From positions 1-64,000 of the forward strand of contig NIVC01002748.1 of the NCBI GenBank assembly GCA_002269645.1: a DNA stretch of 64,000 nucleotides, in the 5' to 3' direction. Each line of letters opens with the position of its first letter. Position 1 is the first letter of the stretch. Under the pieces are notes generated by a model. The model was not told where the DNA came from. It saw only the letters and a program-made list of their open reading frames with translations, and did no database searches. Below are positions 1 to 9,261 of this stretch, piece after piece. Source of the stretch: Macrostomum lignano (lineage: Eukaryota). Made by a program: the position numbers and the translations under genes.

Positions 1-415
1 ATTGCCCGCCGAGATTTGCCCCGCAGTGCAATTTGCCCGTGAGCGAATTGCCCGTTGAGATTTGCCTGCCGAGAATTGCCCGCTGAGATTTGCCTGCGAG
101 AATTGCCCGCTGAGATTTGCCTGCCGAGAATTGCCCGTTGAGATTTGCCTGCCGAGAATTGCCCGCTGAGATTTGCCTGCCGAGAATTGCCCGCTGAGAT
201 TTGCCTGCCGAGAATTGCCCGCTGAGATTTGCCTGCCGAGAATTGCCCGCTGAGATTTGCCTGCCGAGAATTGCCCGCTGAGATTTGCATGCCGAGAATT
301 GCCCGCTGAGATTTGCCTGCCGAGAATTGCCCGCTGAGATTTTGCCTGCCGAGAATTGCCCGCTGAGATTTGCCTGCCGAGAATTGCCGCGCTGAGATTT
401 GCCTGCCGGGAATTG
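1..415. repeat. Tandem array of ~29-bp unit (gagaattgcccgctgagatttgcctgcc), running off the window start
   Basis: About 13 near-identical units are visible. Inverted partial copies follow at 421-452 (ctcggcgggcaa; cgggcaattctc). Confidence 0.95.
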
Positions 416-769
416 AAAATCTCGGCGGGCAATTCGTCTGCGGGCAATTCTCATGGACCCCGCGGATTCGAGCCCTGAGCACGGACAAATGAAGGTCAGA
501 GAACAGCATCTTTTACAGCAAAGTTACACTAAAGTTTTTGACTGATAAAATTTATAGATATTGTCTTTCGTTATGCAGTGCCGACTCTTTCGGAGTCAGT
601 TTGAATTGGTAGGTTACTTGGGACACACGTTATATTTGGATCACCCGTTAATGGAAAGACTATTTGGGTATAGTAGAGTTTTAGACTTTGAGAAATGCAA
701 GCTTCTCTAACTCGCCAACTTATTCCAGATCGTGATCACTCCTCACTCCTCCTCGTAACTATTGCTGGT

Positions 770-3149
770 ATGGACAGCCCGGCCTACCACTGCCTGGTGC
801 TGGCCGGCTGTGCCGTGTTTTGTACCTCACCTATCGAACCCAGCGGCCCAGTCCAGCTTGCACTCTGTCGGCATTGGCTATGCTGAGAAGCAGCGCCGTC
901 AGGTGCTAGACTCCGCTGCTGGAGCAGTTGGCGACTCTGCCGCCGATGCCGCCGCGGATGCCGACGGACCAGCCGAGGCCGGCGATCAGACAGTGGCCAC
1001 GGCCGACACCTACAAGGTGGCGCTGATGTCGATTCCGCGCAAGCAATTGCGCTATTATTGGCAAAGACGGCGCCGCTATCCGTCAACTGCAGCAGACTAC
1101 TAAGACTAAAATTACATTTGTCAATCGGCTGCTAACGGCGGTGACGGCCCGCAAGCCGACGGCAGGTCGGCCTCAGCGACGGAGCCTGTCCGAATACGCG
1201 GCGAGGCGCGCTGCGTTCACGCCGCCGAGGAGGAGCTGCGTCGGCTCATAGCCGCGGTGCCGCGCAAAGAGACCGCCGAGTTTCGTTTGGCTTCGCGCTA
1301 CATCGGCCCGCTGATTGGCAGGGGCGGCCAGAATGTGCGCGATCTCATGACTCAGTCCCGGTGCAAAATCGACGTCGAACGCGGCGGCGCGGCGGCGGCC
1401 GGCTCAACGAGGAAACGCGGCTGGTGACGCTGTGGCGGCACCGCAAGACCAGATCGACCTGGCTAAATCTTTAATCGACCAGCTGTGCGCCGAGATTGAT
1501 CAGCGCGACGCTAGGCGCTCAACTAATCGTAGTAGAAATGGCGCTCCAAATTCTGCTAACGGAGCTAACTCTGCCTCTTCGTCGCCTCAGCAGCCTCAGC
1601 CGCCAGCTCAGCAGCCCCAGCCGCCAGCTCAGCAGCCCCAGCCGCCAGCTCAGCAGCCCCAGCCGCCAGCTCAGCAGCCTCAGCCGCCAGCTCAGCAGCC
1701 TCAGCCGCCAGCTCAAGCAGCCTCAGCCGCCAGCTCAGCAGCCTCAGCCGCCAGCTCAGCAGCCGCCCCAGCCTCCATACCCTGTTAGGTTCGCTGCATT
1801 CCCAGCCACAACGAACCTATAAGCGTCTGCGTGTCGGCTGTAGGCGACGATCCCTTAGTTTTCTACTTGCTGTGCGACAACGAACAGAGCAGAAGTCTGA
1901 GCAATCTGGTCTGCTCGATGGTTGAGTACTATAATGGTTTGAAGCCTGACCATCCGCTAGGCTGCAACCTTTGCCCAGGCGAATTGGTGGCCGCTTTATT
2001 ATGAGCCAGATCAAACCTGGCAACGGGCCAGAGTTGTCAGTGTTGACCTTACACAGCAGCAGCAGGCTATGCTGGATGTGGACTGTTTGGACTATGGCGA
2101 CTCTCTGATGGTGCCAGTTGGCCGGGCGTTCCGACTGCAGCCTCAGTTTTGCGAGCTGCCCTTCCAGGTTGGTAGTGAAAGTTATCAGGGATGAATGGGG
2201 ACTCCCGCCCCCAAGGGTGTACTTTTAAAAACTGGCCAGATTTTATATATTTAGCATCCCGATTTCGCTTTGGCATTGTACCAATAAGAGAGAACTGTTC
2301 AATTCAGCTGGACAGAAAAGGCAGCTTTTCCCCCTCCCTGAAATTTAAGATGATTTTTCACTTAAAATGGCAGAGCCATCCAGGGGGAGGTCAGGGGGTC
2401 AGCTGTCCCTCTTAGTGTACGTGTTGATGGGGGGTCATGCTTTCTGGAAAGAAAGTCTCACCTGCTGGACTTCCGAATTGCAAATGCAGCCAGCAGGTGT
2501 TTTTTGTCAAAGATTTGCATTTTGCACAGCGCTGAGTGGGGTTTGGCCATAGACAAATCCGTCCAGACAAAACACTGCAGAGACAGGAGCGACTGCAATT
2601 TCGCCGCAACTTTGCTTGCTTGCCGGTCTCCGGCAGCAGTTCATGAAAAAAGCAGCTTGATAAACTTGTAAGCGCAGCTCGGACAAAACACCTGCTGGCT
2701 GCATTTGCAATTCGGAAGTCCAGCAGGTGAGAAATTGGGGATTCAGTGCTGAAGAACTGAAAACTTCCCATCTCGCCAGTCTGCACGATTCGCGAGTGCA
2801 GCGTCCTGCTGCTTCAGCTGTGCATGGTGGCCTTTTCTAGTCCACATGCCCACAGCTTCCAGTACTAAGACAGACTAGTTTCTATAAGCCTCTCGTAAAC
2901 CCCCGCCAGGCCATCCGCTGCACCCTGGACGCGGAGCTCGTCCTACCGGCCGGTGCTAGCGACGAGTGCATCGCCGAATTTCAACGGCTGACAAAGTGCG
3001 CCACCTATGAACCAATCAGGGCCAGGCTGATCCGGTTCCAGCCGGGAACTGGCGAACCCGTGCTGCAGCTGCTGGTCCCGGCTGGTGCGGATAGCAACTC
3101 GCAGCTGTGCGTCACTGAGGAGCTGCGTCGGCAAGGTTTTCTACTCTGA
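770..3149 (+). CDS. TDRKH: Tudor and KH domain protein (TDRKH/PAPI-like), 2 recognisable exons (~770-2167, 2910-3149), frameshifted as assembled
   Basis: Pieces across frames: hydrophobic N-terminus ..LAGCAV/LYLTYR; KH1 AIIGKDGAAIRQLQQTTKTKITF (1051+); KH2 YIGPLIGRGGQNVRDLMTQSRCKIDV; Tudor VCVSAVGDDPLVFYL..YEPDQTWQRARV..LDYGD..FCELPFQ. A phase-0 GT-AG intron (2168-2909) leads to AIRCTL..EFQRLTKCATYEPIRARL, resembling TDRKH 'LPFQAIEC..FDRLTHCADWKPLVAKI'. About 6-7 indels plus a TAG at 1786-1788 break the frame. Confidence 0.85.
1587..1772. repeat. 21-bp tandem repeat (cagcctcagccgccagctcag) in the KH-Tudor linker of the TDRKH-like gene
   Basis: About 8-9 copies; encodes QQPQPPA or SSPSRQL depending on frame. 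Confidence 0.9.
2456..2732. mobile_element. MITE-like element (~277 bp) with ~48-bp terminal inverted repeats, inside the TDRKH intron
   Basis: 2456-2503 tctcacctgctggacttccgaattgcaaatgcagccagcaggtgtttt is the exact reverse complement of 2685-2732. The internal sequence recurs at ~9582-9750, ~30885-31035 and ~60022-60213. Confidence 0.85.
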
Positions 3150-3189
3150 TTGCTAGTAACTGGCTACTCGTATTGCTAGTAACTGGCAG

Positions 3190-5040
3190 TTCGCTTTCTT
3201 GCGTGAAGCTGACACTGTGCACACCTTTGAACGAAACTGTTTATCTGCGTGTCGATTCCTGGCCACCAGAAATACTGTCGTGCCAAGCGAATCATGCGCA
3301 CAACTCCCGGGGTGATTTTCATGCAGCAGGTGTAAAATTTCCGTTCCTAAATCACTGGGTGGTACAATCCGCTTGAATCCTTTAAACACAATGCCATTCT
3401 GTATAGTATACTCAAGCTTTCCTTTTGAGTAAGGCAGCATGACTTTCGGTAAGTACTCCGGCCATCCATCCTGAATGTAATGCTTCAGTGTCTGCAGATG
3501 GCAGTCATTCGTCTTAGCAATTCGACGCAGTAGATCTTCGGAATTCGCAAAGGTGTCCTGGGCATTTATTGACAGTAGGTTGACGGATTCCTTCGTTATA
3601 CAATTGCCACTTGGAAGTCGCGACAGAGTATCAGCGGCGTACATCGAATCGTCTTTGGAATATTCGATCTTGTAGTCATACGCTCGTAGAATGAGCGACC
3701 AGCGTTGAAGCCTGGCGGAAACACGCTCAGACGATTTATTGTGATCGAAAATGAACTGAAGCGGTCTGTGGTCTGATAGAATAGTAAATCTTCTTCCGGC
3801 GAGAAACTGGTGGAAATACTTAACTCCTTCGACGATAGCCAGCGCCTCTCGTTCGATATTTGCATAATTGCCCTCTGCGGGTGTGAGCACTCTGCTTCCG
3901 AGCCAAACAATCTGTCTCTGCTCTCTGTCATGAGAGAGCACGAACCCCAATCCATCCTTTGACGCATCACAAGTCAGAAACAGACGCTTGGACGAGTCGT
4001 AAGCAGTTATTGCTCCTTGTCGAATACTTTGCTTCAATCTCGTGAAGGCCTGTGAATGTTCTTTGTTCCAGAACCAGTGCTGTCCTTTCTTCAATAATGA
4101 ATACAATGGTCGAGCAATGATAGAAAAATTCTTGCAGAACAGGCCGTAGTGTCGAAGAGTACACAAGGCGCTTTTTAATTGGTCTTTATCCGCGGGATCT
4201 GGCATATTTTCCCATGCCTCTATTCTCGCTGGATCAGGCTCGAGCTTGCCGTTGTGGAGAATGAACCCGAGAAACTTGACGCTTTTTAAGCATTCCTGTG
4301 ACTTGCGGGCGTTAATTTTGAACCCATTGTCAGCCAAACGTTGCTTTACCTTGTTTAGCACCAGCATGTGCTGTTGTCGGTCTCCGGGAGTTCCGATTAT
4401 TATGTCGTCTTGATACGAAGCAGTGCATTCTACGTTTCTGAGCACATCATCCATGACTTCTTGGAATATTAATGGTGCTGCGGAAATTCCGAACTGAAGA
4501 TTTTTGAAAGCGAAGTGGCCCAGGTGCGTAGAGATGCAGGTAAGTTTCTGGCTCTCAGGCGAAAGCGCAACTTAAAGAAACGCGTCTTCCAAATCCAAGA
4601 CTGAATAGTACTTGGCATTAGGAATTTTAGAAAGGATTTCTTCTAGCTTTGGAAGCTTGTAGCGATCGGCATCGATTATGCGATTAAGCGTGACTGAGTA
4701 GTCGCCGCATAGACGTATTGGTCTCGTTGAGCCTTGCTGCTTTAAAACTGGAACAATTGGCGCAGAAACGTCTGGGTCTTCCACTGGATATATAATGCCT
4801 GCATTTAGCAGTCGCTTGAGCTCAGTCTCAACCATAGACTTCATCGAAAAGGGCAGAGATCTGGCAGGATATCGCATGCCGTCCGTTCTAGCATCTGAGC
4901 GGAGGCGGAAACTTGCGAGAAATCTCGAATTTGCATCACGCACCACTGGCATGCAAAGATCTTCTGAAATGCTTCCGTCGATGTGTAGTATGTCCAGGCG
5001 CGATAGGAAATCCATTCCCAGTATAGCCAATAAATATAGC
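3190..5040 (-). pseudogene. Retrotransposon pol (protease remnant-RT-RNase H-integrase Zn finger), disrupted
   Basis: Motifs ILGMDFL, SAPIVPVLK..RLCGDY, LDLEDAFL, YQDD, TCDASKDGLG, YANIEREALA, DHRPL, RLQRW, HPG..WWPG..CAQC. In-frame TAA at 4572-4574, +1 frameshift near 3308, and no protease DTG motif visible. Confidence 0.9.
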
Positions 5041-5874
5041 CGTTGAATGACGATCTCCGATGTCAGTTGTCGCGTAGATTGTTCCCACATGTCCATGGCT
5101 AGAATCCTCTGATCGGCACACGTTCTGCAGAGCATTAACGGTCTTGGAGCGACAAACTGCTGCCAGGTGTCCAACCTTTCCACACTTTCGGCACTGCGCA
5201 TCCCGAAATCGGCACTTTGACCTGACGTGTCCTGCTTTTCCGCATGTGTGGCAGTGACCAGTTTCACGAGGCTTTGTCGGTCCTTTGCGGTTGTCCAAAC
5301 TGTGCTGCTGCTTGTGGGCAGGCGTCTTCTCTGGTCTCACCCATCCGGAATGACTCTTCTTCTGCACCGCCGCGATTGTATCCGGCTTGCTTGTTGCCAT
5401 CCTAATCGACTCAGACAGCAAACCTTCTTGTATCGCGCCTTCCAAAGTGACATCCTCTCTTGAAAGAAGCTTTTGCTTTAGCACTTGATTCCACAAGCCA
5501 AATATGTACTGCGACAGAATTAGTTCGTCTCGGACATCACCGAATCTGCATTTGTTGGCTTGGCGCTTTAGACATTCGATGTAGGTAGCAATCGATTCAC
5601 CCTCTTTCTGCACCATGGAGTGAAGCACGTGTCTCTCATAGTGAAGCAATGTTTTGGGCTTAAAATGTGCGGTTAGCGAACTCTGGATATCATCGAACGT
5701 TACTTCGTCCTTCGTGATGTCTTTTGGCTTTGCAAGCTCTTCTATCAGCGTGAAGGCTGCGTCTCCGCATGTCGCTAGAAGTACTGCTTTGGAGTGAGCT
5801 TGCTTCCCTGAAGCCACCAAGTAAAACTGCAGTCTTTTGAAATACTGCTCAATCTCATGATAAGAAAGAGGCAA
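4936..5874 (-). CDS. Retrotransposon Gag with tandem CCHC zinc knuckles
   Basis: ORF track gives CHTCGKAGHVRSKC-RFRDAQ-CRKCGKVGHLAAVC and YIECLKRQANKCRFG, typical of Mag-clade gag. Exact start is uncertain. Confidence 0.88.
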   Translation of the reverse strand: MPLSYHEIEQYFKRLQFYLVASGKQAHSKAVLLATCGDAAFTLIEELAKPKDITKDEVTFDDIQSSLTAHFKPKTLLHYERHVLHSMVQKEGESIATYIECLKRQANKCRFGDVRDELILSQYIFGLWNQVLKQKLLSREDVTLEGAIQEGLLSESIRMATSKPDTIAAVQKKSHSGWVRPEKTPAHKQQHSLDNRKGPTKPRETGHCHTCGKAGHVRSKCRFRDAQCRKCGKVGHLAAVCRSKTVNALQNVCRSEDSSHGHVGTIYATTDIGDRHSTAIFIGYTGNGFPIAPGHTTHRRKHFRRSLHASGA

Positions 5875-5959
5875 TTCTCCAAGTCGAAAATCCAGCGGCT
5901 GAGTTATCAGTCCTGCGAACGTAAGGTAGTCAGTACACAGCTTCTTCAGTGAATCCAGT

Positions 5960-5977
5960 GACTTTTCCTCGTCGCCA
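5960..5977 (-). other. Primer binding site of the gypsy element
   Basis: Minus strand reads ...TAACA|TGGCGACGAGG immediately after the LTR end. Confidence 0.75.
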
Positions 5978-6132
5978 TGTTACGGTTGAAGAACGCAAAG
6001 GCACTTGGGTTTATGAATTGAAGGAGGGCGTTATTTGAGCAGCTCCAAATTGGCATGTGCACGAAGCTCGCTCTTATATTTCTTTACCCTTAAGGGCATT
6101 AAAGTTTCTAGCAAACAAGGTGTACGGTAACA
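5978..6132 (-). repeat. 5' LTR (~155 bp)
   Basis: TG...CA ends with short inverted termini (TGTTACCG...CCGTAACA on minus), abutting the PBS. Confidence 0.8.
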
Positions 6133-9100
6133 TTTTGCCCCGATGGCACATAGACTACTTTTAGAAGAAAATAAATCTATGAATAATGCAGCATAGCATG
6201 CAGCATATGCAACAACTAATAACTAGCTACCCTGGTTACTAGTAACTAAATACTCTGATTACTAGTGACTAGCTACTCGTATTGCTGGTATCTGGCTACT
6301 CTGATTACTAGTGACTAGCTACTCTGATGCACCTATATTGTTCTCCCGGTGCTATAGAGAAGTGCTTAATAGTTCCTTTATTAACTTTTTGGTTCTGTTT
6401 TTTGTTGTTGCTTTTCTTTTTTTGACCGCTCATGTCATATGGATAACGTCGTGCATTTGCGTAAGATTCTTCTACTAAGCCTAGTAGGGGACAGACATAA
6501 CGAGTAATAAACTCTCGGGTATTTTGATGATGCTTATGCGGGACTACCAGGAAATTCTCCTAAATAAAAAACTTCAAAATCAATGAATTCAGAGATATAA
6601 ATACAATTTAGAATATATAGCATTTGATTGATATTCTGCTAACAGTAGAAATGGCAGAATATTACGCGTATAAAATTTATTTTAATCAATTCTTTAATAC
6701 TTTACTGTTAGTAAGAGCAAGCAAAATTACGTTTATTACAGTTAAAAAACCATGAAATTGTATCTAATACTCTATTAGTAGTATACAAAAATATTTGCTT
6801 TTAAAATTAATGATGCCAAAGCAATCGCTTGACATTATAAAGACCTCAAAACATGCTGCATTATTATATTAAATTGGTTTGTATTATTACAGTATTAAAC
6901 TGTCTTGCATATAATAGAGCTCTTGCATATGTCTATGGCCAAATAAGTAGTGTCTCTTCCACGGAAGGGGTTCCTTAGACTTCATGAAAACTTGTCTATG
7001 GTCAAAACCGACAGTTCTGGTGTCTTTATGAAGTAATTTATGAGGCACTGAAATAATTACTAGGGATAACTCCTCAATTTCTAACTCTAGTTCGATCTGA
7101 TCGAGGTTTTTTCCGCATTTTATTCTACTTTGTTGTGCGCTGCGTTTCTTTTTTATAACAGTAGAACCAACTGTCTGCTTTTAATATTTATAGTTTTATT
7201 ATCTCACGCTCACAACCATCCGATTGTCCATCCATCAAACTGTCAATATAAATCGCCTGGTTGTCATTCTTAAAAAACAGCCACGTAGCCACGTAGCTTG
7301 ACTTCTAAATCCTGCAGTATTTATTATGTTCTGTTTATTTTCATTTTAAAAAAAGTAGAAATGCTTGCTTTACAACAGCAACAACATAGGCTGTTGGTTC
7401 ATAAAAAACGCAGGCGCGCCTGTCTCTGCCGGTGGGGTGCCTGCAGCGTCAGCAGCAGCAGCTAGTCAACATGCTGTTCAAGTGAGTCTATCAGCGGATG
7501 CTCCGTCGTTTAAAGCTTCGCTTACGAAGCAAAAGCAGGAAAAGTTCAAGTTGATAATCAGGATATAATTTTGCCACGTCTTAAACAGGCCATTTAATAC
7601 GAAAAAGCGATTAATTAGCAATTTCGTCAATGATCTTGACGTCCGAGGTCACGCGAACCCTCAACGAATATAAGCCAAAATTTGCGCATGCTACCAAACC
7701 CTAGTGTAATTAAAATATGATTTTGAGTATAATGCAATTTACAGCGTCGAAACACAAAACCCCCACATTTATAGCGCTATATATCACACATGCAAATGTA
7801 AGTCGTCCATACGTCTACTACACTTGCGTGAAGTCTGGTCAGCCAAAACAAATTTATCTTATTTTTATGCAGAACTACATGACGGTTCGATAGATACATT
7901 CATTCAAAAGAACTATAGTGATCACTGGTCAGAATTGAAAAATAAACCTGTTAATATACGTGTATATGAATCTTCTGCACGACATTTTGAAGAAGAAGCA
8001 CGACATAATATTGAAGAAGTACAGAAACAAAACTTTTAACTATGGAAATTTGTGCAGCGTGGCGATGGTATTGTCATATTCATAAATTTTTGGGGAAAAA
8101 ATTAAATCCAATTGATTTGTTCCATCGATTTCAAGTAATTATTGGAACGCAATATGCCCATAGGAGTATTTAAGGCATTAAAATTCTGTTTCGGATAATT
8201 TTGTAGCACGAAAAGGCTTTATTTACATCCTATTTGTGCTTTTAAATTATATTATAATTTTATTAAGTATTTCACTTCTTCCCAAATGTTTTCTTTAATT
8301 TAGTTTCGTTGAACTCAATATGTTCAAAAAATTCCGGGTTTAATTTATCTCGTTATTTGTCGTTGATAGGCACGCTAGCGTTCTATAAATTTTTCGACTT
8401 CCGCGTCAATCCAGGAAAACCGCAATCTTTAGTCAGCTTATTTTAGTCAGCCCATATACTGAAAGTTCTTCAGTACTTTGGCGCAGCTAGTTTCAAATAG
8501 TTTTCTTCCAATTTAGGTATTTCATTTCGCATAATTTACGGTGAGTATCTTACTTATTTTCATATATATTTTTTTCTTTATAAAGTATTCAAATCTAATC
8601 CCACATTTAATAGTAAAATTTGTGCGTGCTATCAACATTAGAACAGGAAGCTATGTTTATTTACTTTCTTGTAATTTTAAGTTCCTATACCCAGCAAGTA
8701 GTTAATTAATCATGTTTATTAATTTTGAAGTTTAGTAAACAACAAAATTATTCTAAAAAATAATCATGCAACCGACTAAAGCGCTTTCGAAGTTTATGAA
8801 AAACTTCCCTCCATAAAAATTAATCTAAAATTTAAATTATGAATCTTGAGTAATACCATATATGAGCAGCTTCTTTCGTAGTTGTTTTACGCATGTTCTA
8901 ATGTGTGTTCTGGTAAATAGAATACACTAATGTTTAGTATCTGTATTTGCATATTTTAAAAAGCTGGAAGATATTACTGTTCTTATTTCTCTATTTTTGT
9001 TTGATCTTTTTATTTTTATACACCATTACTCGCCTAGGAAGTTTTATAATTTCGTATCATTGCATTTAAAAATATACCCATTTCTTCTTTATAAAAGCAG

Positions 9101-9261
9101 CTTGAAATATTTGTCTAACTCTTTGATAGCACACTGTATACACTGTTTGATTAAATTATATTTACAGTCTGTTATTAATGTGCAAAACTAAAATAGCATA
9201 TTATTGCCAACCCAACCCCGCAAGCAGGGCACCGCCCCAGTCGCCCAGTCGCATATAAGCC

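Larger units (their letters stand above)
3190..6132 (-). mobile_element. Ty3/gypsy LTR retrotransposon, Mag-like, 3'-truncated and degenerate
   Basis: Order on minus strand: 5' LTR, PBS, gag with two CCHC knuckles, RT (YQDD), RNase H, integrase HHCC. Integrase core and 3' LTR are absent. Confidence 0.93.
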
